Shown in pieces: positions 30,456 to 42,417 of a stretch of 64,000 bases of DNA. The stretch is taken from assembly GCA_965214605.1 (NCBI GenBank), contig OZ243961.1:1440001-1504000 (forward strand). The letters run 5' to 3'. Below the pieces are notes generated by a model, which ran no database searches, was not told the DNA's origin, and saw only the letters and a program-made list of their open reading frames with translations. The DNA is from an uncultured Candidatus Binatia bacterium (GTDB lineage: Bacteria; Desulfobacterota; Binatia; Bin18). Numbering within the stretch: position 1 is the stretch's first letter; the number at the start of each line of letters is the position of its first letter. The position numbers were made by a program, and so were the translations under genes.

Positions 30456-31685
30456 ATGGCCGCCGCAGCAGTGTCACGAGCCCCACGTCTCGCCTACACT
30501 GGCGAGACAGGGAACATCTTTATCGCCACCTCTCAGCCGGACCAACCGCAGCAGCTGACCTGGAGTTGGGAAGGTCCGTCCTCAGACGCGTCCGCCCCCC
30601 CGGCGTTGAGCCATGTCTGGCCCAGTTGGTCGCCAGACGGCAGCCGGCTGGCATGCTTTGGCCTGCGGGGAACGGCCGGTCCTGAGGTACGCACCAGTCT
30701 GTACATGATTGCGGCCGATGGCATTGAATCGTGGGAGCTAGCCAGTATTCGCGGCGGCATGCCGATCTACGGCAACTGGTCGCCCCGTGCGGATATGTTT
30801 ACTGCTCTTATCCAGCGGGAGGAAGCCGAACTATCGCTGGAAATCGCTGTCCTGGGCCAACCGGGCGAAATGACGCCTGTGCTGAGCGGCGCGCCGCTGT
30901 TCTGGTCCTGGGCGCCAAGCGGGGAGCGGTTTGCCGCCCACGTCGGCAGTCGCACCAGTTCGGAGCACCCCAGCCGGGTGGTCTTGATCGACGTCGCCTC
31001 ACGACAGATCATTCGCGAGATCTCGGATCGGCCGGGCGACTTTCGGGTACCGGCCTGGTCGCCGACCGAAGAGCTGCTGGTGTATGTCGAGCGGCAAGAA
31101 AACGGTGGCAACATGCTCCGCCTGTTCGACGTGCACAGCGGCCAGACAGCGCCGGTTGCCGTGCTGCCCGGCTCGGTCGCTGCGGTGTGGTCGGCCGACG
31201 GCCAAGCCCTGGCCTTTGGCAGTACCGCTAGGCCGGGCTCCCTGCTGTTTTCCTCCCTGCAGATCCTCGATCTAAGCACAGCCCGGATTGTTTCTCTGTT
31301 GGACGAGACGGATCGGACGATTACGGGCTTCTTCTGGTCGCCGTGTGGTGATGCTCTGCTCTATTTAAGTGTTGATGCCCGCCACAGCCATCTGTGCTGG
31401 CATCAGCTGTCACGTCCTAGTGGGGAAACCCGTGAGCTGGTCCGCTTTTTGCCTAGCCGAGAGCAAACCTTTATCTTTTCGTTTTTTGACCAGTATGCCG
31501 GATCGCATCCGCCCGTCGCCCCGGACGGCAGTGCGCTGGCTTTTGCCGGACATCGTATCGGGCCGGTCGCACTCGACACCGGCTCCCCGGCTCGGGTATA
31601 TATCGTGTCCCTAGACCCGACGGACGCCCCACCCGGAATCCGGGTCATTGGCACTGGAAATTTTGTGTGCTGGGAGGCCCTCTAA
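30456..31685 (+). CDS. TolB-like beta-propeller protein
   Basis: Repeated WSPDG/WSP/WAP/WSADG blade motifs; no signal peptide. Confidence 0.8.
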   Translation: MAAAAVSRAPRLAYTGETGNIFIATSQPDQPQQLTWSWEGPSSDASAPPALSHVWPSWSPDGSRLACFGLRGTAGPEVRTSLYMIAADGIESWELASIRGGMPIYGNWSPRADMFTALIQREEAELSLEIAVLGQPGEMTPVLSGAPLFWSWAPSGERFAAHVGSRTSSEHPSRVVLIDVASRQIIREISDRPGDFRVPAWSPTEELLVYVERQENGGNMLRLFDVHSGQTAPVAVLPGSVAAVWSADGQALAFGSTARPGSLLFSSLQILDLSTARIVSLLDETDRTITGFFWSPCGDALLYLSVDARHSHLCWHQLSRPSGETRELVRFLPSREQTFIFSFFDQYAGSHPPVAPDGSALAFAGHRIGPVALDTGSPARVYIVSLDPTDAPPGIRVIGTGNFVCWEAL

Positions 31686-31732
31686 GCACTGAACCAGACT
31701 CAAGAATGCAGGCTCCGGAGTCGGGAGCAACA

Positions 31733-33097
31733 CTGTTATTACCCGTCATCATCGCCGGCGGACCGGGAACTAGGCTCTAGCCTTTTTCTCGTACGCGACA
31801 CCCAAAACAATTTCTCCCGTTGGTCGGAAAGAATACGATGCTGCAGGATACCTGCACGCGGCTTGAGGGTCTGGAACAGAACGTCCCTTAATAGTCTGTG
31901 GAAAAGACCGCCGTTTCATTGTCTCTGAGCAGTTGCGCGAAGTGGGCGTTGCGCACCAGGGGATCATACAAGAACCGGCTGGACGTCACACCCCACCCGC
32001 GCCATCTATGCACGTAGAGTCCTTGGAACAGCCCCTATTCTGCTTGTTCCGCCTGCTGGTCACATCATCCTGGATGTCGACACATTTCAATCGACCGTAC
32101 ACCATGCCATAAGCTTTGCCCGGCAGGACAAGCTTGTGACCTTCGGTATCGCGCCCCGCTCACCGGACCCTGATCCGGCTACATCCGGCGCGGTGCGGTC
32201 ATTGAAGAGGGTGGATACGTCGTGGCCCATTTTTGTAGAGAAACCCGACCGTGCCACCGCCCGTGATTACCTGGCGGCCGACGACTATTACTGGAACAGC
32301 GGGATGTTCAAGGCCAGCCGTTATTGAGAGGAGTTGGCGACCTTTGGGTCAGATATCCACGATGTTTGCGCAACTGCCATGTTGAATGCAGACACAGAGA
32401 GGAAATTTGTTCCTCCTAGGGCGGAAGATTTTCTGGCATCATCCGCGGACTCGATCAATGACGCCATCATGGAAAATACCACCGATGCCATCGTGGCACC
32501 TCTGGATTATGGTCGGCATGAGATTGGATCCTGGTCTGCCTTATGGGACGTATCGAATAAGGATGAACGGGCAATGTTATTATGGGCGATGTGATAAGCT
32601 ATGACAGTGAGAACTGTTATATAAAGGGCGAACGTCGTCTGAGTACCACACGGTCATTGAGAGCGACGACGTCGTTATAGTGACGACAAGGAGCCGTGTC
32701 CAGGACGTGCAACACATCGTCGTTGATTCAGAGCGGACGCAGCGAAGCCGCTCTCCATCGCAAGGTCTACCGTCCCTGGAGCTATTACGCTTGTTTGGAC
32801 TCGGGTCCGCATTTCCAAATGAAGCGTCTGGTGATGTATGCTGGGGCCAGGCTCAGTTTGCAACGACACCAGAGACGGACCGAACACTGGGTGGTAGTCA
32901 ACGGCGTTGGTCGCATTGCCAAAGGCGAGCAGGAATTTGATCTCAAGACGAACGAATCAACCTACATCCCGAGAGGGATCAAACACCGCCTGGAAAACCC
33001 CGGGACCGAACTGCTAGCAATCATCGAAGTCCAATCCGGAGAATATCTTGGCGAAGATGACATCGAACGTTGTGAAGACGTCTACGGTAGACCCTGA
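31733..33097 (+). pseudogene. manC: Mannose-1-phosphate guanylyltransferase / mannose-6-phosphate isomerase (ManC/AlgA type), degraded
   Basis: LLPVIIAGGPGTRL*PFSRTRHPKQFLPL (TAG at 31778), VTFGI, FVEKPD...YYWNSGMF, SI.DAIME, GSWSALW, RPW...LSLQRHQRRTEHW spread over several frames. Confidence 0.9.
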
Positions 33098-33315
33098 CCT
33101 ATTCGTACCCAGGCCTAGTTGAGACGGTTCGCTCTAAAAGCCGCATCAGAACGCATCAATGGCAGCGTTCCAAAGCCCTCGGGCCAATACCCTTAGAGTG
33201 TTCGCCTATCGCTCAGACCATTATCCATTTGCCCAGGGTGTTCCCTTGCCCATCCCCGACGACCGCGCTAGGCTGTCTGACACACCAGACTCTAACCTAT
33301 AAGGAGGGGATTACT

Positions 33316-34422
33316 ATGGCAGCACATCGGCTTATCTCTGCGGATTCGCATTTTGTCGAACCACCGACGATGTGGGCTGAACGTATTGACGCCAAGTTCC
33401 GCGACCGGGCACCACACACCCAACAGGGATATAAAGGCAGACCCGGTGAATGGTTCATGTGTGAAAACATTCAACCGGTTCAGGTCGGCGGCTTTTTTGG
33501 TTCGGGCAAAAGCTCAGAGGAACTCCCCGAACATCTTAAAAAAGGCTTTGAGGTTGCCCCCAAGAGCGTCTGGGACCCGGCCGAACGTCTCAAAGAACAG
33601 GAGCGCGACGGTGTCAGCGCTGAGGGGCTGTACACCTCGATGGGCATGCTGCTGTTCGGCCTTGAGGATGCCGAGCTACGCGCCGCCAGTTTTACCGCCT
33701 TTAACGACTGGGCCGCCGAGTATTGTAGCTATGATCCCAAGCGCCTGATCGGCCTCGGAGCGATCACGCTGGAAGACATTCCGGCCGGCGTCAAAGAGCT
33801 CGAACGGATCGCCAACAAGGGCCTGCGGGGTGCGCTGATCTGGGGCTCACCGCCCGAAGACGCACCGTATAGCGATCCGGTCTATGGTCCGTTCTGGGCT
33901 GCGGCCCAAGACCTGAATATGCCGTTGTCGCTGCATATCCTGACCGGCCGAGGAGGCAACCGCTTTAGTCGCCGCCGGGTCTTGTTCGGCTATATGCGCC
34001 TGCCCCAAGAAATCCAGCTCACCCTGGCCGATATGATCACCGGTGGGGTGTTTGAACGCTTCCCCAAGCTGAAAATCGTGTCGGCTGAAAACGATGTATC
34101 GTGGCTGCCCCACTTCATGTATCGACTTGATCACGCCTATGACCGGTTGCGCCATATTGAGGGGTTGACCCTGTCAATGCTGCCCAGCGAGTATATCAAG
34201 CGTAACATCTGGGCGACCTTCCAGTTTGAGACGAGCAATGTCGAGTTCACCCGCCAAGCGGTCGGCACTGAACAGATCATGTGGTCGTCAGACTATCCCC
34301 ATACGGACTCGCCGTGGCCGCGCTCGCGTGAGTTCATCGCTGGGGCGTTTAAGGATATGCGGGAGGACGATGTGGCTAGGATCGTCGGTGGCAATGTCGC
34401 CGAACTCTACGGGCTTGCGTAG
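33316..34422 (+). CDS. Amidohydrolase family protein (Amidohydro_2)
   Basis: [37 protein letters not shown]; start at ATG after AGGAGG. Confidence 0.9.
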   Translation: MAAHRLISADSHFVEPPTMWAERIDAKFRDRAPHTQQGYKGRPGEWFMCENIQPVQVGGFFGSGKSSEELPEHLKKGFEVAPKSVWDPAERLKEQERDGVSAEGLYTSMGMLLFGLEDAELRAASFTAFNDWAAEYCSYDPKRLIGLGAITLEDIPAGVKELERIANKGLRGALIWGSPPEDAPYSDPVYGPFWAAAQDLNMPLSLHILTGRGGNRFSRRRVLFGYMRLPQEIQLTLADMITGGVFERFPKLKIVSAENDVSWLPHFMYRLDHAYDRLRHIEGLTLSMLPSEYIKRNIWATFQFETSNVEFTRQAVGTEQIMWSSDYPHTDSPWPRSREFIAGAFKDMREDDVARIVGGNVAELYGLA

Positions 34423-34443
34423 TAAGGGTGAAAGACGTTTCGT

Positions 34444-34483
34444 CCTTCAGGAGGAGCGAGCAATGCTGCACCCCTCCTGAAGG
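34444..34483. promoter_or_regulatory. Hairpin abutting the rpe ribosome-binding site
   Basis: ccttcaggagg (34444-34454) and cctcctgaagg (34473-34483); the 3' arm overlaps the GGGAG SD. Confidence 0.5.
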
Positions 34484-34490
34484 GAGCGGT

Positions 34491-35153
34491 ATGACCACAA
34501 TCAAAATCATGCCCTCCATCCTAGCCGCAGATTTCTGCCGGCTTGGCCAACAAATCGCCGAGGTGGAGCGGGCCGGGGCGGACGGCATTCATATTGATGT
34601 GATGGATGGTTGTTTTGTGCCCAATATCAGCCTAGGCCCTCTTATCGTCGAGGCGGTTCGGCACACCACAACTTTAGCGCTCGACGTTCATCTGATGATC
34701 GTTAATCCCGATCGCTATGTGGACGACTTTGCCCGCGCCGGGGCCGACATCATCTCGGTCCACCAGGAAGCTTGCCCCCACCTACACCGTACCGTCCACC
34801 ACATTAAGCAGTTGGGTAAACAGGCCGGAGTCGTGCTGAACCCCAGCACCCCGCTTTCGAGTCTAGAAGAGATTCTTGATGAGGTCGATCTGATTCTGCT
34901 GATGAGCGTCAACCCCGGCTTTGGCGGCCAACGTTTTATTGCGGCCAGCATCGATAAGGTCCGCCGTTTGCGCCACCTACTCGACGCCCGAGACTCACCC
35001 GCTATCCTCGAGATCGACGGCGGGATTGATCCAACTACCGCCCCCCAGGCGGTCACCGCCGGGGCGCGGATGTTGGTTGCCGGCTCAGCTGTATTTGGCA
35101 CCCCTGGTGGTCCAGCCCAGGGGGTCAAGCGTCTGCGGGAAAGCCTGGCCTAA
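34491..35153 (+). CDS. rpe: Ribulose-phosphate 3-epimerase
   Basis: [46 protein letters not shown]. Confidence 0.95.
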   Translation: MTTIKIMPSILAADFCRLGQQIAEVERAGADGIHIDVMDGCFVPNISLGPLIVEAVRHTTTLALDVHLMIVNPDRYVDDFARAGADIISVHQEACPHLHRTVHHIKQLGKQAGVVLNPSTPLSSLEEILDEVDLILLMSVNPGFGGQRFIAASIDKVRRLRHLLDARDSPAILEIDGGIDPTTAPQAVTAGARMLVAGSAVFGTPGGPAQGVKRLRESLA

Positions 35154-35166
35154 GAACACGTCGTCC

Positions 35167-36618
35167 CTACTTCTTCATTTTCTGCCGCAGCAAATCCCCG
35201 AGCGTGGTACTAAAACCACGGCTGGTCTGTCCAGAGCCGCCCATATACGCCTGAGCTTCGGCCCGCTCTTCTTGGGCCTGGGCTTTGGCCCGCGACAGTC
35301 TGATCCGTCTCCCATTGTCTTCAACTGCCAAGACAAGAACTTTCACCTCGGTATCCGGACCAAAGTCTTTGTTATGGTCGGTGCCGCGCGGCGTGCCCAT
35401 CTCAGGGTTGGGAATCAGGCCGGTTTGTCCAGGGCCGAGACGGACAAAGACCCCGAACGGCTCGACCCGGTCAACTCTGCCGCTCAGCACACTGCCGACT
35501 TCGATGGCATTTTCTTCGACCTGTTCACCCGGGTTCGCTCCTTCAGGAGCCAAGGCCAGAGCAATACGGCGCTTTTCGGTGTCAATGCTAAGAATCATGA
35601 CCGTGATTTGTGCCTGCCCAGCGGCTGCGTCTTTCAGCGCCCCCTGCTGGCTGCGCGAAATTTCGCTGACGTGTAACAGGCCATTGACACCGGGTAAAAC
35701 CTCGACAAACGCGCCAAAGTCGGCCATCCGCACAACCTGGCCCTTAACAATCTGACGCGCCTTGAGCCGCTCGGCGACCTGCTCCCAGGGATCTCCCTCA
35801 AGTGCTTTCATACTCAGCGAGATCTTCCCTGTCTGTTCGCTGACCTTGAGGACTTTGACGTTCACCGACTGACCGCTAGTCAGCAACTCGGCCGGCTTTA
35901 TAGTCCGTGAATGGGACAACTCGGAGACGTGCACCAAGCCTTGGATCCCGCCCCCCAGATCGACAAATGCGCCAAAGTCGGTCAGTGACGTCACCGTGCC
36001 CGGCAATACCGCGTCGAGGACGATCTTTTTGCGGACCTCTTCGGCTTCTTTGGCCACCGCTTCCTCAAGCAGGCGGCGGCGCGAGACGATGATATTGCGT
36101 CCGTTGTCGGAGTAGCGGGTTACGCGGAATTCTAGAGTTTGATTCAAAAAAACGTCTGAGGACTCGACCCGACGGATATCCATCTGAGAAAATGGACAGA
36201 AGGCCCGCAGACCCCCGACCATAACCGCGTAGCCGCCCTTAATAACCGAGCTCACCGTTCCCTCAACCGGCAACCCGTGTAAAAAGGCCGCCTCTAACTG
36301 CTGGCGGGCCTGCATGCCTTTGAGCAGCTTGCGGGACAGACGAATTTCGCCCTCAGTTGACAACACCGTCGCCTCAATCTCATCCCCGACCTCGACCTGG
36401 AGGCTGCCGTCTTCGTTCTCCAACTCGGCGCGGACGATAATCCCCTCGCCCTTATCGCGGACATCGACAAAGACGCTATCCTCCCCGATCTGAATCACAC
36501 TGCCTTTGACGATTTGACCCGTTTGCAGCGTGGGTTGCGTCTCTTCCTGGGCCAGCAGAGCCGCAAAATCCTCTGCCCCCTCTTCTGCAGGGATCGGGTG
36601 TGTCTGCTCGTTACTCAT
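35167..36618 (-). CDS. Ribosomal protein S1-like protein (about five S1 domains), probable paralog
   Basis: Repeated FGAFV / GLVHVSE / ISLS motifs; C-terminal TLGDLL; not in a cmk-rpsA context. Confidence 0.85.
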   Translation of the reverse strand: MSNEQTHPIPAEEGAEDFAALLAQEETQPTLQTGQIVKGSVIQIGEDSVFVDVRDKGEGIIVRAELENEDGSLQVEVGDEIEATVLSTEGEIRLSRKLLKGMQARQQLEAAFLHGLPVEGTVSSVIKGGYAVMVGGLRAFCPFSQMDIRRVESSDVFLNQTLEFRVTRYSDNGRNIIVSRRRLLEEAVAKEAEEVRKKIVLDAVLPGTVTSLTDFGAFVDLGGGIQGLVHVSELSHSRTIKPAELLTSGQSVNVKVLKVSEQTGKISLSMKALEGDPWEQVAERLKARQIVKGQVVRMADFGAFVEVLPGVNGLLHVSEISRSQQGALKDAAAGQAQITVMILSIDTEKRRIALALAPEGANPGEQVEENAIEVGSVLSGRVDRVEPFGVFVRLGPGQTGLIPNPEMGTPRGTDHNKDFGPDTEVKVLVLAVEDNGRRIRLSRAKAQAQEERAEAQAYMGGSGQTSRGFSTTLGDLLRQKMKK

Positions 36619-39600
36619 GCTTCAGGTCCTTTCTGCCTTTCGAACCAGCGCGTATAACAGTCCCGAATGGCCTCCCGTTGGACATAATAGTCGGCCAGCA
36701 GTCGGGATGCCGCGTCTTGGCCACCATAGCCCATCCGTCTGGCCAACAGGGGCAGCTGCGTACCCTCACTCTCCAGCGCTTCAACCGGCTGGTCACAGTC
36801 AATACGAAGGCGGTTTTCCAAGGTCCGCAGAAAACGATACCCCTGACTTAAGAGCTGGCAATCGTCGGCCGGGAGAACTCCGCAGGTCTGCAGGGCCTCA
36901 AGGGCCTGGAGTGTGGCACGCTGTCTCAGCGCCGGGAAACTCCGCCCATAACGCAGCTGTAACATTTGTACAAGGAACTCAATATCGACAATACCACCGC
37001 GGCCGGTTTTGATATTAAAACGGTCGCTCGCCTCGCCGGCCAATTCATTCTCTATCCGCCCCCGCAGCCGGTCGATTTCGGCCACATCGTCAGCAGCAAT
37101 GCTGTCAGCATAGATAATCGTTTCTAGCAAGCCTTGTATCGAACCGGTCAGGGACAGGTCGCCGGCGACCACCCGGGCCTTAATCAGGGCTTGGCGCTCC
37201 CACACCTGGGAACTAGACCGATGATAGCGTTCAAAGGCGGTTAGTGAAGAGACCAGCGAGCCGGACCGTCCTGAGGGTCGGAGCCGCGTGTCGATTTTAT
37301 ACACATAGCCTTCTCGAGTTTGGACCTGCAAGGTTGAGATAATGCGTTGGGCCAGCTTGGTGAAAATCTCGTGGGGCCCGAGTTTAGGGTGAACGGCGCC
37401 GCGGTCGGGCTGCTCAGCCGGCAGATACAGAAAGATCAGATCAACGTCCGAGTTATAATTGAGTTCTCGGGCTCCCAGCTTGCCCATACTCAAAACGGCA
37501 AAGCGGCCTGGGAGGGCGCTGAGTGTAAGCTGGTCAAACAGGGCCGCTCGCGCCGTCTCATAGGCGCCGCCCAGACAGGTCTGGGCCAGATCGGACAGTT
37601 GCTTACTGGCCTGCGTACAGTCCAACAGCCCATTGCTGTCTTTAATCCCGATACGCAGAAACTCTTCGGTCCGGTAGCGACGCAAGATATCGAGCCGCTC
37701 CTCCAGGTCGCTCACCTCGGCCAAACGGGCCGACAGTTCCGTCTGCATCATCGCCTGCGGTTTATGAATTTGAACCAGATCGGTCCGCACCAGGCTATCG
37801 AGCAATTCGGGGTGGCGTAAAAAGGTCCGTGACAGATAGGCACTCGTGCCAAACAGCCCGACCAGAGTCCGCAGGGTCCCCGGATTCTCTCGGAGCAGAG
37901 CCAGGAAGCTGGAACGGGCTCCGATCGAAGCAACTAAGTCAGCCATACTGGCCAACGCAAAGTCTGGATCTGCGGCTCGCATCACTTCGCGAAACAGGCT
38001 CGGCGCAAGATCATACAGAATCTTGCGCCGCCGGGGCGAGGCCGGAGAGTGAGAGGGCCCGGCATGGAGCAGTATTGCGTGTTGATAGCTGTGCTCAATA
38101 TCGCGAAAGCCGAACTGGCGCAGATGCTCGGCGGCCCGTTCCCTATCGCCAAGCGCCTCAAAAAAGGCTCGTACGGCCTCGGCGTGGGGATCGGCCTGCT
38201 GCTCCTCGGGAGCATAAAAGAGTGAACGAAAAACCTGATGAACTCTCTCAGTATGGGCGTGGAACAGCGACCAGAATAGCGCTCCCTCATCGGTTGGGGT
38301 ATGGGAAGTTTGCCCTTTGACTTTTCCCCAGTCTTCAATACGCAGCCGCCGCGCTAACACCTGAATCTCCGCCTCAGTGTCCGGCAACCTATGAGTTTGT
38401 CGATCGTCAAAGACCTGGATTTTGTGTTCAACCTGCCGGAGAAACCAATACGCGTCGCGCAAAGCGTCACGATCTGCGACCGATAGGTAATGGCCTTCGA
38501 CGAGGCGGTCTAGTGCTGGTACGGTTTTAAGCTCTCGCACATGGAGATCTTTGCCAGCGTGAATAAGTTGGAGCACCTGGATGACAAACTCAACCTCTCG
38601 GATGCCACCGCGACCGAGCTTAATGTTGTGGCTGCCGGGTTCGGCCTTGCTCAGACTGTGCTCAATCCGAGCTTTCATATCTTTGAGGGCTTCGACCGTG
38701 GTAAAGTCGAGATAGCGCCGAAACACAAACGGCTGAATCTCAGAGAGAAAACGCTTACCCAAGGCCATATCTCCGCCAATAGGCCGCGCCTTGAGCAATG
38801 CTGCCCGCTCCCAGGTCTGGCCCCACGCTTCGTAATAGCCCAAGGTGTTGGAGAGCGAATTCACGACCGGGCCGTTCGAACCGTCCGGTCGCAAGCGCAA
38901 ATCAACCCGAAACACCCGCCCGCCGGCAACCTGATTGCTGAGGGCCCGGGTCAACTTTTGGGCCAAGTGGGTGAAGAACACCCGGGGTTCTATGCTGCCT
39001 TTCCTGCCCCCGGTAGTGTGCCCGGCATCGCTCTCATACATATAGATCAGGTCAATGTCGGAACTAAAATTCAAATCCTGGCCGCCGAGCTTGCCCATGC
39101 CAAAGACGACAAACCCGAGCGGTCGGCCGTCGGGCGAGACGGCTTGACCGTACAGCTCACACAGACGCGCTCGGCTCCGTTCGTAGGCAATCTGGACTGC
39201 CCCGTCAGCCAGACAGCTCAGCTCCTGGGTCGTCTCCTCCAATGTGGCTAAGGCCAGCAGGTCTCGCGTGCCGATGCGAAGGTACTCGCGTTCACGATAG
39301 ATCCGCAGCCCATGCCAGAACTCTTCCTCGGTCAGGTCAAGGGGCAGCCGAGCGCGAAGCTTGGACAGATGCTGGGCTACGCTCGTGCCCGGCGCCTCGC
39401 AATCGGCCACAAAAACCGCCTCCCACTCTTCAGTCTGACGTAATAAGACCCTGGTGAGATGTTGGCTTGCACCAAGTACGAAAAGCAGGTCGGCGCACCG
39501 CTGCGCGTGGCTGAGGACCGCTCCGCTGCCTGTTCCGTAGTCGAGCAGCCGGCTTAGATTAATAGCCGCCAGCCGAGGGTCTGGCGCGGCCGCAACTCCA

Positions 39601-39692
39601 GCCGCAATGGCATCCCACCAGCCAGACAGGCTTTCACGCAGAGGTAGGAGGGCTTGGAGAGGATCGGAGACGGACGGAGTCCGGATGGCCAT
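36615..39692 (-). CDS. glnE: Bifunctional glutamine synthetase adenylyltransferase / adenylyl-removing enzyme
   Basis: Two NT domains MGKLGG.DLNFSSDIDL and MGKLGARELNYNSDVDL; DLRLRP, WERAAL, IKLGRGGIREVEF. Confidence 0.95.
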   Translation of the reverse strand: MAIRTPSVSDPLQALLPLRESLSGWWDAIAAGVAAAPDPRLAAINLSRLLDYGTGSGAVLSHAQRCADLLFVLGASQHLTRVLLRQTEEWEAVFVADCEAPGTSVAQHLSKLRARLPLDLTEEEFWHGLRIYREREYLRIGTRDLLALATLEETTQELSCLADGAVQIAYERSRARLCELYGQAVSPDGRPLGFVVFGMGKLGGQDLNFSSDIDLIYMYESDAGHTTGGRKGSIEPRVFFTHLAQKLTRALSNQVAGGRVFRVDLRLRPDGSNGPVVNSLSNTLGYYEAWGQTWERAALLKARPIGGDMALGKRFLSEIQPFVFRRYLDFTTVEALKDMKARIEHSLSKAEPGSHNIKLGRGGIREVEFVIQVLQLIHAGKDLHVRELKTVPALDRLVEGHYLSVADRDALRDAYWFLRQVEHKIQVFDDRQTHRLPDTEAEIQVLARRLRIEDWGKVKGQTSHTPTDEGALFWSLFHAHTERVHQVFRSLFYAPEEQQADPHAEAVRAFFEALGDRERAAEHLRQFGFRDIEHSYQHAILLHAGPSHSPASPRRRKILYDLAPSLFREVMRAADPDFALASMADLVASIGARSSFLALLRENPGTLRTLVGLFGTSAYLSRTFLRHPELLDSLVRTDLVQIHKPQAMMQTELSARLAEVSDLEERLDILRRYRTEEFLRIGIKDSNGLLDCTQASKQLSDLAQTCLGGAYETARAALFDQLTLSALPGRFAVLSMGKLGARELNYNSDVDLIFLYLPAEQPDRGAVHPKLGPHEIFTKLAQRIISTLQVQTREGYVYKIDTRLRPSGRSGSLVSSLTAFERYHRSSSQVWERQALIKARVVAGDLSLTGSIQGLLETIIYADSIAADDVAEIDRLRGRIENELAGEASDRFNIKTGRGGIVDIEFLVQMLQLRYGRSFPALRQRATLQALEALQTCGVLPADDCQLLSQGYRFLRTLENRLRIDCDQPVEALESEGTQLPLLARRMGYGGQDAASRLLADYYVQREAIRDCYTRWFERQKGPEA

Positions 39693-39706
39693 ATTAGAGA
39701 GACGAA

Positions 39707-39737
39707 GCGTTTTACAGGCTGGAAGCCCGTAAAACGC
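39707..39737 (-). terminator. Intergenic hairpin between the ferritin-like gene and glnE
   Basis: Minus strand gcgttttacgggct-tcc-agcctgtaaaacgc (14-bp stem with one G-U pair), followed by a weak pyrimidine tract. Confidence 0.45.
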
Positions 39738-39742
39738 GACCC

Positions 39743-40339
39743 CTATTTGCTCAAGGTTTCACACGCCCCCATCAGCCACTTGACGCTAGACCTCTCATCA
39801 TCAATCAGCGAGCCCAGTAGCTCTTTACTGTGCTGATCGTCCTGGATTTGGTCAACGGCGCTGGTCAGGGGTTTGAAAATCTCGACCGGATCCTTGATCT
39901 GGGAAGTCAGGGACTGCAGTTTCTCAATATCGTTGCTCTCGCTTGAAGCAAAGAACGGCAGCTCTTTTTCGCGCCGCTCGACCGGCACGGTGCACTGCGG
40001 AGAGCCGCCTAACTCGCGCAGCCGCTCTTCCAGAATCTTGGCGTGATAGGCCTCACGCTGCTGCACCACCCGCAGCCCGCCTTTGACACACTCTTGATCG
40101 CTGACCTCAACCCAGCGGTTCAGATATTCGGCGGCAAAATCCTCAGCACACCGGAACTCATCCAGAACGGCCAGGACCATCTCTTTCTCGGTCTCATAGG
40201 ACTTTCCATTGTAGGTATAACCCTGGTCGCCCGCGCCGGTCTGGAGTTCCTGCATCTGTTCTTCAAACAGCTCGTCCGAGATCAATCCTTTACGGTACGC
40301 CTTGAGCAGCTGGCGTGCCTCAAAATCTGCTGTGGACAT
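39743..40339 (-). CDS. Ferritin-like four-helix protein with an N-terminal SHOCT-like segment
   Basis: AEDFA, REAYH (ExxH), DDERSS; N-terminal LLKAYRKGLISDELFEEQMQEL; AAAGGAG RBS. Confidence 0.7.
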   Translation of the reverse strand: MSTADFEARQLLKAYRKGLISDELFEEQMQELQTGAGDQGYTYNGKSYETEKEMVLAVLDEFRCAEDFAAEYLNRWVEVSDQECVKGGLRVVQQREAYHAKILEERLRELGGSPQCTVPVERREKELPFFASSESNDIEKLQSLTSQIKDPVEIFKPLTSAVDQIQDDQHSKELLGSLIDDERSSVKWLMGACETLSK

Positions 40340-40427
40340 AGTGTAGCTCCTTTCGTGTTACTTCTGTGAACGTTCCATAGGAAATCGCCCGTGTCTTGTC
40401 AAGCAATACCGGTCTCGAGCATTGACG

Positions 40428-40474
40428 TGTCCAAAACTTAGGCACCGGAAGCGCAGATGCCTGTCTAGTAAGCA
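40428..40474. promoter_or_regulatory. Tandem NtrC-like enhancer boxes
   Basis: tgtccaaaacttaggca (40428-40444) and tgcctgtctagtaagca (40458-40474), TGY-N11-RCA, 30 bp apart, upstream of a sigma54 promoter. Confidence 0.65.
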
Positions 40475-40513
40475 GATTTGTTGCCTGGAGTGCCTCAAGA
40501 CCGGTTTTCCCTG

Positions 40514-40530
40514 CTGGTACAGTCTTTGCT
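40514..40530 (+). promoter_or_regulatory. Sigma54 -24/-12 promoter of porin-glnK-amt
   Basis: ctggtacagtctttgct matches YTGGCACG-N4-TTGCW with exact GG-N10-GC spacing. Confidence 0.75.
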
Positions 40531-40610
40531 GGGTTGTGTAGGAGAAGACGCCGGGCACAGGGCAGGTTTGTCCGAAGTCATACCTATATATATCCAAGGA
40601 GGTAGTGAGG

Positions 40611-42289
<1,679 letters not shown>

Positions 42290-42311
42290 GTGCACGATTT
42301 GCCTGAAGAGA

Positions 42312-42335
42312 AGGGGCGTACTGCCATACGCCCCT
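42312..42335 (+). other. Intercistronic hairpin between glnK and amt
   Basis: aggggcgta-ctgcca-tacgcccct. Confidence 0.45.
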
Positions 42336-42417
42336 CTCGTTGTCCGTTACACACAGCCCCAATAGACTGCCCGGACAAGGATACACACCGGGCAATTATA
42401 ACCAGGAGGTTCAGACA

